From the sequence record DRR723986_23489: a stretch of DNA of 60,471 nucleotides, one strand, 5' to 3'. Every line of letters starts with the position of its first letter. Position 1 is the first letter of the stretch. A program made the position numbers and the translations under genes. This document shows, one piece after another, positions 39,749 to 49,551 of the stretch. Below the pieces are notes generated by a model. The model was not told the origin of the DNA. It saw only the letters and a program-made list of their open reading frames with translations, and did not search any database.

Positions 39749-42324
39749 TACCAGTTGATTTGAGAAATTACCAAGCCTAAGGTTGCCAAACCAGTAGTGA
39801 TTCCAACTACTTCACCTAATCTTAAAGGTACTTTTGGACCTTTGGTTGGTACTATTACTTCTGCCCCAGGTTCTACCGAAGGATAATTTCTAATTCCTAA
39901 GAAGCCTTTGGTTCGTTTTACTGCCCCGTTGGCATAAACCACGTACGTTTGCTTTCTATTTGCACGACGCTCAAAACCTCCTGCACCATTTATGTAGTGT
40001 TTCAAACTTCTTCCTGACTCGTGACGAAGGGTAGTTGGATACACTACATCACCTCTCATCCGCACTGTTTGAAAGAGCTTTGGCACAGAAAGTATATCTC
40101 CTTCTTCAATTAGAAGGTCGTCTTCTGAGCCTGGATTTCTTAGTATTTCTTCCAAATCTATAGCGACTGCTTCAGTTTCTTTCAGTTTCACCGCAAATCC
40201 TGGGGTTTCTGATGCTATTTGATCCAGTGACTCCTTTTTGCTTTGAGCTAATTGGTTGTCAACTGGAGACTCTTTTGATGGAGATTCTGTCAATAAGCGT
40301 TGCAGCAATTCTGATTGAGCTTCAGAGTTGCTCGGGTCTTCAGCAAGTTTCATCTTTAAGCCTTCCAAATTCCGTTGACGTCGAATTTGCTCGGATTCTG
40401 TATTGAAAAACTCAGTGCGTCTGATTAAAGTAGCCCCTTTTGCGTAAGCAAATTGATTGAGCCCCCCAGCTCTTTTGATCAAATCTGAAATGCGTTCTCC
40501 ACTACTTTGAATGGCGAAAATCCCGGGTGAATTTACTTGACCTTCCACAGCAGTTAATTTCTGCATAGTAAAGCTTGCTCTTTTTCTTACAATGACTTGG
40601 TCAAATGGCACTAAAGAAGGAGAGGTTGGATTGTAACCCAAGTCTGGATTTACCTGTGTTGGAATGATGTCGGCTAATGTGCCTAAATCAGAATCTTCCA
40701 ATCTTCTGGCAATTTCTATATCCTGAGCATTAGCAGATTCTTGGAATCCTCCCGCCATTACGATCAAATCTTCTACTTTCATCTCAGCAGAATACGGATA
40801 GACACCTGGTTTTTTAACTTCGCCAAGGATCTGCACATACTGTTCATTGTTAATATCGTAGATGCTCGTAATTCTTACCACATCTTCGCGGCGAAGTGGT
40901 ACGTCAGGAGCAGTTCCATCCATAACTCCCCTTAGATTAACCTGAATCATCTCTGTGCTTAGGTCATCCTTAGTTCTTAGGATACTTGCCTGAGTAGTAT
41001 AAGCATCGCCTCGAAGTCCTTCCGCATTTTTCACCAATTGGGATAAGGTAAGCCCTTCATCTAAAGCAAAAGTACCTTCTCTGTAAACAGCACCCTTAAT
41101 CTGAACTCGATTGGAATAGCGATTCAGGATACGCTGAACTGTGATTTCATCTCCTCCTTTGAGGATAAACATGTCAAATTGGTTCTGATAAACATCGGAT
41201 ACAGAGCGCTGATTTCCTGTGATTCTGGAAATGGCTACTCGGTCCTTGAATGCTTGATCGGTAAATCCACCAGCATAATTTAAAATATCAGAAAACGTAT
41301 CATCCTCTACAGCCTCAAAAACCATTGGGCGCTTCACTTCTCCTTTGATTTTGACATGGGAAATGTATGGAGGTACTAGGATTACATCCTGATCTTGTAG
41401 CTTTAAATCAAGTTTTGCAGTGCCATTAATCAACAAATCGTAGACATCTATCTCAGCGATTTGTTTATTATTTCTTACCAACTTGATTTTCCGCATGGAG
41501 CCGTTTTCATTTGGCCCACCAGCGGCATACAATGCATTGAAGACAGTGGAGAAGGCGCTCAGGGTAAATGTACCGGGCAGGCGAACTTCCCCTAAAATGT
41601 TGACTTTAATGGAGCCTACATTTCCTAAAGTCACTTGAAGAAATGTGTTGGGATTGCTCCCTAGTATACCAGGATAATATTTTCCGACTCTATTTTTCAG
41701 GATTCCAGTAGCTTCTTCAATAGATTTTCCAGATACAGATACCGGTCCAATATTATCCAATAGAACAAATCCATCCGGATTAACTGTCGCTTCATAATAT
41801 TGCTCTGATTGCCCATAGATATCTACATAAATCAAGTCTCCAGGACCTAATACATAACTTTTTGGAGTGGCTTGATTTAGACTTGGCTCAAAACTTAAGC
41901 GTCGATTTCTATGATAAAAAAGAGATGTTCCAAAGATTTCATTCCCATCTGTGTGATTTACTGTACCCTCAGAAAATTGTAGCATTCCTAAAGCTATTTC
42001 ATCCATGTCGACTTGCTCGCGTTCGTCACGTTTGGAAACTTTGGTGTTGCGGATGGATTCTTCTTCTCCTTGAGATATTCTCATTCTCATTTTAGCCACT
42101 TCGCTCGGAGGCATGCCTTGTATTTCAAGCGTTTTCAAAAACTCTGACTTTGAAAGCCCAGCGTTTGTTGCCCGATCAAGTAAACTTTGAACTTGATCGT
42201 CAGACAGTTCATCAACTTTGATTTTGCTAGCATCATTAATATCCTGTGCAAAAGTCGGAGCAACTGTCAACCCCAAAAAGGCTATAAATACAAAAAAGTA
42301 AGAGAATCGTATAATTGAAATCAT
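39748..42324 (-). CDS. wza: Polysaccharide export protein with multiple SLBB domains (Wza-like)
   Basis: YVLGPGD, repeated GEV..PG / AGG SLBB units, and C-terminal EPGAEVIVP. TAATG coupling to wzz. Confidence 0.88.
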   Translation of the reverse strand: MISIIRFSYFFVFIAFLGLTVAPTFAQDINDASKIKVDELSDDQVQSLLDRATNAGLSKSEFLKTLEIQGMPPSEVAKMRMRISQGEEESIRNTKVSKRDEREQVDMDEIALGMLQFSEGTVNHTDGNEIFGTSLFYHRNRRLSFEPSLNQATPKSYVLGPGDLIYVDIYGQSEQYYEATVNPDGFVLLDNIGPVSVSGKSIEEATGILKNRVGKYYPGILGSNPNTFLQVTLGNVGSIKVNILGEVRLPGTFTLSAFSTVFNALYAAGGPNENGSMRKIKLVRNNKQIAEIDVYDLLINGTAKLDLKLQDQDVILVPPYISHVKIKGEVKRPMVFEAVEDDTFSDILNYAGGFTDQAFKDRVAISRITGNQRSVSDVYQNQFDMFILKGGDEITVQRILNRYSNRVQIKGAVYREGTFALDEGLTLSQLVKNAEGLRGDAYTTQASILRTKDDLSTEMIQVNLRGVMDGTAPDVPLRREDVVRITSIYDINNEQYVQILGEVKKPGVYPYSAEMKVEDLIVMAGGFQESANAQDIEIARRLEDSDLGTLADIIPTQVNPDLGYNPTSPSLVPFDQVIVRKRASFTMQKLTAVEGQVNSPGIFAIQSSGERISDLIKRAGGLNQFAYAKGATLIRRTEFFNTESEQIRRQRNLEGLKMKLAEDPSNSEAQSELLQRLLTESPSKESPVDNQLAQSKKESLDQIASETPGFAVKLKETEAVAIDLEEILRNPGSEDDLLIEEGDILSVPKLFQTVRMRGDVVYPTTLRHESGRSLKHYINGAGGFERRANRKQTYVVYANGAVKRTKGFLGIRNYPSVEPGAEVIVPTKGPKVPLRLGEVVGITTGLATLGLVISQINW

Positions 42325-42443
42325 ATAGAAAAGGTAGTCCCAGGTGAATCAAGAACAAATATGGAGATTAAAAATCCATGAATTTCTTAATTCTACCAAA
42401 TATAGTTCCAAAAACCTAAGTTCTCATGCCGCCTCGAAGATAC

Positions 42444-43448
42444 TCACTCCGTACAATTCTTACATATTTCGATCTGTGATCGATCGTTTAGCAATTGCTT
42501 TCTGAAGTTTTGGTAAGGTAGGGACGACCAGATGGATTGAAATGATTGGTTTTGTAATTCTCCCATGACATATTCAGCGTCTTTGTCAAAGCAGCAGGGT
42601 ACAATCTTTCCGTCCCAGGTGGATACTGCACCTTGCCACATGCGCCAGCATTTGTTTTCTAAGCGCTTTTTCAATTTCCATTTGCCATTTCCCACAGGTA
42701 TATACCTTGAATAGCCTAAGTCGGAAGGTATCAACTCAGAACCATTTTCAAAGTCATAGATCTGGGTTGTTTTCAATTGAAGTTCATCAACCTCCATTTC
42801 TTTGGCCCAACGCTTTAATTCTGGAAGCTGGTGCTCATTTTGTCCGGTGACGAGAAATTGTAAGATGACGCGCGGGAAGTTTTGTTCGGATTTTTTTCGT
42901 TCAGACAAGAGTAATTTTAATCCTGCCTGTACCTTTCCCAGATTACCTCCAATCCTATATTTTTCATAGATGTCTTGTGTAATTCCATCCATCGATACGA
43001 TCAATTGCCTGAGGCCACTCTGTAATATTTCAGCTACTTGTTTTTCCTGTAAATAGTGTGCATTAGTAGAAGTGGAGGTGAAAATGCCTTTTGAGTTTGC
43101 ATACTTGACCATTTCCAAAAAGCGGGGATTGAGAAAGGGCTCGCCTTGGAAATACAGGTGTAGCCAGGTTAAATGGTCTTGAACCTGATCTATTGTTTTT
43201 TTAAATAGCCGTTCTTGAAGCATTCCTGTCGGGCGGGAAAAATCACGTAATCCGGAGGGACATTCTGGGCACCTTAAGTTGCAGCTGGTAGTGGGTTCTA
43301 TCGAAAGTGTAGTTGGTTTTCCCCAGAGAAAAGGTCTGCCTAAAATTCTTGAAACCTGAAAAGAAATCGCCAACAAGGCATAATTTAAAAGTTTCCGAAA
43401 AGTCAGGAATCGTAGGTAAAGAACTGCCGTGAGGAGATTGTTTTTCAC
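42444..43448 (-). CDS. Radical SAM protein with SPASM/Twitch domain
   Basis: CNLRCPEC (CxxxCxxC), YFQGEP and STN. C-terminal CWRMW...PCCFD...CKNC. Confidence 0.9.
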   Translation of the reverse strand: MKNNLLTAVLYLRFLTFRKLLNYALLAISFQVSRILGRPFLWGKPTTLSIEPTTSCNLRCPECPSGLRDFSRPTGMLQERLFKKTIDQVQDHLTWLHLYFQGEPFLNPRFLEMVKYANSKGIFTSTSTNAHYLQEKQVAEILQSGLRQLIVSMDGITQDIYEKYRIGGNLGKVQAGLKLLLSERKKSEQNFPRVILQFLVTGQNEHQLPELKRWAKEMEVDELQLKTTQIYDFENGSELIPSDLGYSRYIPVGNGKWKLKKRLENKCWRMWQGAVSTWDGKIVPCCFDKDAEYVMGELQNQSFQSIWSSLPYQNFRKQLLNDRSQIEICKNCTE

Positions 43449-43493
43449 GGTACTAAGTAAAGAATAGCTAGAGGAATAAGCAATTCAGGTAGC

Positions 43494-44534
43494 TTATTTT
43501 ACTACTTCTAAAACTGATACAGGCTTGGCTTTATTTTTAAGTGTGAACTCTCCTAGATCTTTAAATGTAAACATATCTTGGATTTCAAGGGTACATTTCT
43601 CCAAGATCAAAATTTGGCCAGGAACTGCAGCATTTTGAAGTCTTGCAGCCACATTTACTACATCCCCAATTACCGTATAATCAAGACGTTTCAAAGACTG
43701 CGAACCAATATTTCCAGATACCATTTCACCGGAATTCAGACCAATTGACACTTTAGGGCTAAAATTCGATTTTTCGGAGTACATAGGCATAGCATTCATT
43801 TTATCTCTGATCGCTACACAAGCTCTTAGGGCTCTGGCAATTTGATCTGGACCTTTAAAAACAGCCATCACAGCGTCTCCAATGAATTTGTCCACAGCAC
43901 CTTTTTCCTCAATTATCTCCCGGACCATCAAATCAAAATATTCATTGAGTAGCGGGACTACGATATTAGGCTCTTCATTTTCAGAAATCTTTGTAAACCC
44001 ACATAAATCCACAAAAGCCACGGTGGCCTCCACGGTTTCATTTTCCATCAATGAGGTTTCAGATTCCTTTCCCACCATGAAATTGAGCACAGTCTCATCC
44101 ACATACATTTTCAGAATGTTGTTTTCCCTCATGGCAGTAAGGGTTGATTTGATCTGATTGATGTGCTGCAGTGTCTTCTCAATGGTGATCTCCAAATCCT
44201 GAAAATCTACCGGCTTGGTGATGAAATCAAATGCTCCTCGATTCATCGCGGTGCGGATATTTTCCAAATCGCCATAGGCTGAAATAATTACAGCTTTCAG
44301 CAAAGGGTTTTGCTCTTTCACCTTGGTCAATAGGGTCAAACCGTCCATTTCTGGCATGTTGATGTCACTCAGAATCATGTCGATATCTGGTTGCTCTTTT
44401 AAAATATCTAATGCTTCACGACCATTTAGCGCAAATACAAAATCGTATTCTCCTGCTCTGATCTTACGCCTGAATTTCTGGGTGATAAGGACTTCTAAAT
44501 CTGCCTCATCATCTACTACAAGTATCTTAGACAT
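43494..44534 (-). CDS. Response regulator fused to a class III adenylate/guanylate cyclase (REC-CHD)
   Basis: REC: VVDDE, SDINMP, ISAYGD, TKP. Cyclase: [34 protein letters not shown]. Confidence 0.93.
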   Translation of the reverse strand: MSKILVVDDEADLEVLITQKFRRKIRAGEYDFVFALNGREALDILKEQPDIDMILSDINMPEMDGLTLLTKVKEQNPLLKAVIISAYGDLENIRTAMNRGAFDFITKPVDFQDLEITIEKTLQHINQIKSTLTAMRENNILKMYVDETVLNFMVGKESETSLMENETVEATVAFVDLCGFTKISENEEPNIVVPLLNEYFDLMVREIIEEKGAVDKFIGDAVMAVFKGPDQIARALRACVAIRDKMNAMPMYSEKSNFSPKVSIGLNSGEMVSGNIGSQSLKRLDYTVIGDVVNVAARLQNAAVPGQILILEKCTLEIQDMFTFKDLGEFTLKNKAKPVSVLEVVK

Positions 44535-44545
44535 AGTTTAATTAT

Positions 44546-44929
44546 CTACTCTTGGTTAATAATTTTACCGATTTCTTTACGAAGTGAATCAAAATCAATC
44601 GGTTTTGTGAAAAATTCTTTAGCGCCAGACTCCATTGCTTTTTTAAAATTCTCAGTATCTCCATAAGCAGAAATCATACTGACATTAATAGCTGGAAATT
44701 GGCTTTTCACTCTTTCCAACAATTCTAGGCCTGTCATGCCTGGCATATTGATGTCTGAAAATACATAAACAACCTCGGGTGGGTGCTCGCTATCAAGTAG
44801 CTTCAGTGCCTCATCCCCTGAAAAGGCAAAGGCAAGTTCTAAAAGTCCACTTCTAACTTCTTTTCTAAATTTTTGACGAAAAAGTAGTTCTACGTCTCGC
44901 TCATCATCGACTATTAATATTTTTGTCAT
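44546..44929 (-). CDS. Single-domain (CheY-like) response regulator
   Basis: IVDDE, SDINMPGMTG, ISAYGD and FTKP. 127 aa with no output domain. Confidence 0.93.
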   Translation of the reverse strand: MTKILIVDDERDVELLFRQKFRKEVRSGLLELAFAFSGDEALKLLDSEHPPEVVYVFSDINMPGMTGLELLERVKSQFPAINVSMISAYGDTENFKKAMESGAKEFFTKPIDFDSLRKEIGKIINQE

Positions 44930-45843
44930 GCTGTTGGTGATATGGGTGGTAATGAAATTTCAAATCTGGTAAACTCGCCTTCTTTAGATAAAATCGCCAA
45001 GCTGCCTTTATGGGCTTTCACTATATCGTGCGTTATTGACAAGCCTAAGCCTGTACCTTCTTTTCCTTTTTTTGTGGTAAAAAAGGGCTCCAAAATTTTG
45101 TTCAAAATTGGCTCTGGGATTCCAGCTCCATTGTCTTCTATCTCAGTTATTATTTTAGTTGCCTTTTGTTTAGTTCTTATGATCAGCTTTGGCTGATAGG
45201 TTGGTTTTTGGTCTCCTTCGGAAAGTAAGTTGAGCTTACTTCTCATCGCATCAAATGCATTATTACATAGGTTTACAATCACTCGACTGAAATCTTCTGC
45301 GATGATGGATACCAATCCGATTTCTGAATCTAAATCCCACTCAAAACTCACATTAATTGGGTTTTTACCTGCACGCATCCCATGAAAAGCTAAGTTCACA
45401 AATTCTTGAAGCAAGCCATTCAAGTTTGTCTGCACAAACTCACTCTGCCCACCTCTTGAGTGCATCAACATGGACTTCACTATACCATCAGCGCGCTTTC
45501 CGTGCTGGAGGATTTTTTCAAGGTTTGACCTGATATCATGCAGCAATTCTTCAATATCCGCGATTGTATCGTTTTGCTTTAGGTTTTTGAGCTCCTCTAC
45601 TATCTCCTCTACATACTCTATGCTTAGTTCCGAAAAATTATTGATAAAGTTGATTGGGTTTTTAATCTCATGAGCAATACCTGCAGAAAGTTGCCCGAGA
45701 CTTGCTAGTTTTTCCTGTAATACTAATTGCTCTTGAAGCTCCTGATACCCTTTCAGGGATTTCTCAAGCTCCAGTGTTCTTAGTTTTAGGAGGCGTTTTA
45801 GCTCCTTATTTTTCTCAATCCAATCTTCTTGTACCTTATCCAT
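44926..45843 (-). CDS. Cytoplasmic sensor-less histidine kinase (coiled coil + HisKA + HATPase)
   Basis: LGQLSAGIAHEIKNP, NLCNNA, DNGAG and PFFTTK..GTGLGLS. No TM segment. Confidence 0.92.
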   Translation of the reverse strand: MDKVQEDWIEKNKELKRLLKLRTLELEKSLKGYQELQEQLVLQEKLASLGQLSAGIAHEIKNPINFINNFSELSIEYVEEIVEELKNLKQNDTIADIEELLHDIRSNLEKILQHGKRADGIVKSMLMHSRGGQSEFVQTNLNGLLQEFVNLAFHGMRAGKNPINVSFEWDLDSEIGLVSIIAEDFSRVIVNLCNNAFDAMRSKLNLLSEGDQKPTYQPKLIIRTKQKATKIITEIEDNGAGIPEPILNKILEPFFTTKKGKEGTGLGLSITHDIVKAHKGSLAILSKEGEFTRFEISLPPISPTA

Positions 45844-48800
45844 AATTTTGGGTATCTATCGGTAATCGAATACAAAACTCTGTGCCTTCACCTTCTTTGC
45901 TTTCTACAAGAATTTTTCCTCCGTGTGCTTTTACAATATCGTAACTTATTGACAAACCTAAGCCTGTCCCTTGTCCAGTAGGTTTGGTCGTGAAAAATGG
46001 TTGGAAAATTTTTTCCTTTACTGATTGATTAATTCCTTTTCCGTTATCTTTTATTTTGATTTCTACCCAATCTCCAAGTCGCTTGGTGGAGACTTCGACC
46101 AGTGGTTCATACCCAGCTTTGCTTTCGCTACTTTTTTCAGACACCGAGTAAAAAGCATTGTTTATTAAGTTAAGTAAAACTCTACCTAATTCCTGAGCTA
46201 CTAGTTCTATTTTCCCAACTGAAGGATCATAATCGGTGTTCATTGAAGAATTAAAAGATTTATCCTTTGCTCTCAAACCGTGATAAGCTAGACGCAGGTA
46301 TTCATCAGCGAGTACATTAATATCTGTCAGCGCTCGATTGCCTCCGCTTATCCTACTGTGCTGGAGCATTGCTTTTACGATAGCATCTGCGCGTTTACCG
46401 TGCTGGTTTATTTTATCCAGATTCTGTTGTATATCTACACTGATTGCTTTGGCTTCTTCCAGGTCACCCTTTTCCAATTCTTCCCGCATCTCCTCCAGCA
46501 GTTCCCCGCTTACTTCAGAGAAGTTGTTTACAAAATTTAAAGGGTTTTGTATTTCATGGGCAATTCCAGCAGTTAACTCTCCGAGTGAAGCCATTTTCTC
46601 TGATTGAACAAGCTGACTTTGCGCATTTTTCAGATCGTCAATACTCTTCTTAAGCTGAGCTGTTCTGTGAGATACTCGTTCTTCCAAAATGCGATTTTCT
46701 TTTTGAAGATATTTGGAGCGTACTTGGACTATGGCGTAAATAAAAGCTGCTAGTAGGGAGGCGAAAATCAAGTATGCTATCCAAGTCTGCCACCAAGGAG
46801 GTGAGATTGTAAATTTAATACTTGCTGGCTCGCTCCACACCCCATTAAACCCTCTTGTAGCCACTTTAAAGTTATATTCACCTGGAAGAAGATTGTAATA
46901 GTTTTGGGTAGTACTTCGGTCACTGATTTCAGACCAAGACCTGTCTTCACCTTCCAAGACATATCTATATACTATTTTGTCTCTTCCCAGTACATCCTGA
47001 TTCATAAATGAAAAATTCATTGAATTTTGATCAAAAGGAAGAACTAAGCCTACCGGCATTTTACTAACCAAATTGACACTATCCCAGGTGATTTGATTTT
47101 GAATCAAATAGCTGCTGTCGTTTGGAATATCTTTTTTGGTGTAAAATTCCGTGTGATCTGTATTCCAAATGGAATCTTCATCGGTGAATAAACTTTTAAT
47201 AAAATTGGTGCCAAGAAAATCAGGATTCTGGTCCATAATATTGATTTTGGTGAGCACTACCGCTGGGGGTAATGTATCAATTTTAGGAACCTGCGTATTT
47301 ACAGACATTATTGGGGCAGCACCCCACCAGACATTACCATTTGAGGTATAAGTTGCTGTTGCCTGATTGTAATCATTGAAGGGGAAGCCCTCCCTTTTAC
47401 CATAATTGTAAAAGCGCCAAATGGATTTTGGATTGTCTTGAAGTGGACGCTTTGCTACTATAATACCATTATCTGAGCCGATGTGCAGGTCATTTCCTAC
47501 TTCTACCATATCGTACATCACTGGCGGATTTAAGCCTTGCTCCGGAGTTAAGTTTGTAATAGTGTTACTTGTCAAATCAATGATGGAGAACCCAGCATCC
47601 CCCCCGATTACTATTTCTTCATTATGAGTTTTGATCATAATCGAAGTGTAATCGCTGGTCAATCCAGTTCGCTCGCTTAAGTAGCTAACTTTTCCAGATG
47701 ACGGATCCAACACGTCTACTCCTATGTCATTACCGAACCATAGTTTCCCGTTTTGATCTTCTTCTATCAGCCACACACGGCTGGATGCTAGCCCTGAAAA
47801 TTCATCTGTTTTTTCTAGAGAGGAGAAGTCTGGACTAAATTTGAGTACACCGTCTACCGTTCCTAGCAAAATATTTCCCCTAGAATCACGAATTGACTTC
47901 CAAGCGATTCTGGCAACACCTGGGTCTAATTCAAATACGGAGGCACTATTTGTGTTTAGGTCAACAAGGGTAAAGCCACCAAAACTTCCAAATAAGAGTT
48001 CGTGATCAGATATTCTGGAGACTGATCGATGGTTATTGATATTTGCATTTCCTGGGAACTTCAGAAGGTATATTCTCTCTTTCGCAGGATCATAAATGTT
48101 AATTCCTTCATACGTTGCCATCCAGACCATCCCATTTGGCCCTTCCTGAATCCCCCAAACTTCATCATTTACTAGGCCGCTTTTGGCGTTAAAGTGCTGA
48201 GCCAGCATTCCCTCAGGATTGATCAAAAGGACACCAGAATTTTCTGTGCCTAACCAGACATTTCCCTTGGCATCGGTCATCGTAGTCGAGGGAAAACCAG
48301 AAACTGCAAATTTGGATCCCGTATGAATTTTCTTGATTTTTTGAATTACTGGATCATAGAGGCTGATGGTATCATTGTCGGTAATCCAAGCCCTGTTATG
48401 CAAGTCAAAAGTGACAGACCTGGCTTTGCCGTAGTAACCCTGCTCAGGGCCAAGTCTAGTGAACTTATTCTCTTCTAAAGATATAGCAATGGGTCTTTCT
48501 TCAGCTGAGGATATCCATACTTCACCCTTCGAATTTTCTGTAAACTCATAGAAAAAGGAAGTTGAGCTAATTACTTTATCTCCAGAGATAAATCTAATAG
48601 ATGTTCGCTCAGGGTTGACAACTCCGATTTTGCCTTTCATTCCCAACCAGAGATTATTGGATTTATCCAGATGTATTCCCGCCGAGGTCCGAGTACTTAG
48701 CTCACTCAGGAATTTTAGAGAATGGAGTGTCCTAGTGTTGGGGTTTAGAAAATGAATTCCTGTATTAAGATTAGCAACCCAAAATAGTCCTGATTCATCC

Positions 48801-49549
48801 TCATATATTCTGGCAAACTGTGTCCCTATTTGATAATTAGTAAGCAAACTGTGGTTTATGTCAAGTACATAAAGACCAGATAATTGAGACAAAATCAAAA
48901 GACTGCCATCATTTCCAATTTCTAAGTCTACAATGTAGTCGATCAGCCCATCAGGATTTCTAGGAAGTATATTGTAATTTTCAAATTGATCTCCTGTAAA
49001 TTTTGAAAGGCCTCTTTCGGTGGAAATCCAAATCATGCCATTCATATCAGTGACCATGGCAAAGACTCTATTTCCAATTAACCCTTCAGTCTGGCCAATT
49101 CTCAAAATGCCAGAATTGGATAAGTCTGACTTGGAAAGAAATGCCAGCTTTGTAATCTGCGGTTCTAGTAATAACTGCTTTCTAACAGGAATGGAAACTC
49201 CAGCAATAGTATCTAGATTTAGTTTTATTTCATCCTCATTCTGCCAGGGTATTGGAGTAACGAATGGTTTGGATTTTAGAGGTTTAAAATCCAAAATGTC
49301 AAAGGGTTTGGAAGGTAGTTTAGTAAAATCGATGGTATGAGTGACCGCCTTTGGGACCTTTTCAGTTGGAATTTTATTCCAGGATAGCGGTTTGCCTTTA
49401 GGTATTTCAAAAGGTTTTACACTTGGTTCCTGGTAATTAGAGGGATTTTCAGGAAAAGGTACCTCACCACTTGGTTGGCAGGACGCTACTATCACTATCA
49501 AGCATAGAAAAAGTACATAGGTTGATACAAGACGGTAGCTTTTCTTCAT
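45836..49549 (-). CDS. Sensor histidine kinase: lipobox, beta-propeller (Reg_prop-like), Y_Y_Y, TM, HisKA/HATPase
   Basis: VASC lipobox, DxxGxxWxGT blades, YRYVLEG..YYNLLPGEYNFKV, PPWWQTW TM, and GIAHEIQNP. Confidence 0.92.
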   Translation of the reverse strand: MKKSYRLVSTYVLFLCLIVIVASCQPSGEVPFPENPSNYQEPSVKPFEIPKGKPLSWNKIPTEKVPKAVTHTIDFTKLPSKPFDILDFKPLKSKPFVTPIPWQNEDEIKLNLDTIAGVSIPVRKQLLLEPQITKLAFLSKSDLSNSGILRIGQTEGLIGNRVFAMVTDMNGMIWISTERGLSKFTGDQFENYNILPRNPDGLIDYIVDLEIGNDGSLLILSQLSGLYVLDINHSLLTNYQIGTQFARIYEDESGLFWVANLNTGIHFLNPNTRTLHSLKFLSELSTRTSAGIHLDKSNNLWLGMKGKIGVVNPERTSIRFISGDKVISSTSFFYEFTENSKGEVWISSAEERPIAISLEENKFTRLGPEQGYYGKARSVTFDLHNRAWITDNDTISLYDPVIQKIKKIHTGSKFAVSGFPSTTMTDAKGNVWLGTENSGVLLINPEGMLAQHFNAKSGLVNDEVWGIQEGPNGMVWMATYEGINIYDPAKERIYLLKFPGNANINNHRSVSRISDHELLFGSFGGFTLVDLNTNSASVFELDPGVARIAWKSIRDSRGNILLGTVDGVLKFSPDFSSLEKTDEFSGLASSRVWLIEEDQNGKLWFGNDIGVDVLDPSSGKVSYLSERTGLTSDYTSIMIKTHNEEIVIGGDAGFSIIDLTSNTITNLTPEQGLNPPVMYDMVEVGNDLHIGSDNGIIVAKRPLQDNPKSIWRFYNYGKREGFPFNDYNQATATYTSNGNVWWGAAPIMSVNTQVPKIDTLPPAVVLTKINIMDQNPDFLGTNFIKSLFTDEDSIWNTDHTEFYTKKDIPNDSSYLIQNQITWDSVNLVSKMPVGLVLPFDQNSMNFSFMNQDVLGRDKIVYRYVLEGEDRSWSEISDRSTTQNYYNLLPGEYNFKVATRGFNGVWSEPASIKFTISPPWWQTWIAYLIFASLLAAFIYAIVQVRSKYLQKENRILEERVSHRTAQLKKSIDDLKNAQSQLVQSEKMASLGELTAGIAHEIQNPLNFVNNFSEVSGELLEEMREELEKGDLEEAKAISVDIQQNLDKINQHGKRADAIVKAMLQHSRISGGNRALTDINVLADEYLRLAYHGLRAKDKSFNSSMNTDYDPSVGKIELVAQELGRVLLNLINNAFYSVSEKSSESKAGYEPLVEVSTKRLGDWVEIKIKDNGKGINQSVKEKIFQPFFTTKPTGQGTGLGLSISYDIVKAHGGKILVESKEGEGTEFCIRLPIDTQNYG

Positions 49550-49551
49550 AA

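Noticed and set aside
42444-43448. RiPP maturase cluster
   Set aside because: There is no adjacent precursor peptide, RRE domain, peptidase or exporter.
43494-44534. Pycsar/CBASS-type defence cyclase
   Set aside because: It has a REC fusion and ATP-type specificity residues, sits in a kinase operon, and has no adjacent cNMP-binding TIR or TM effector.
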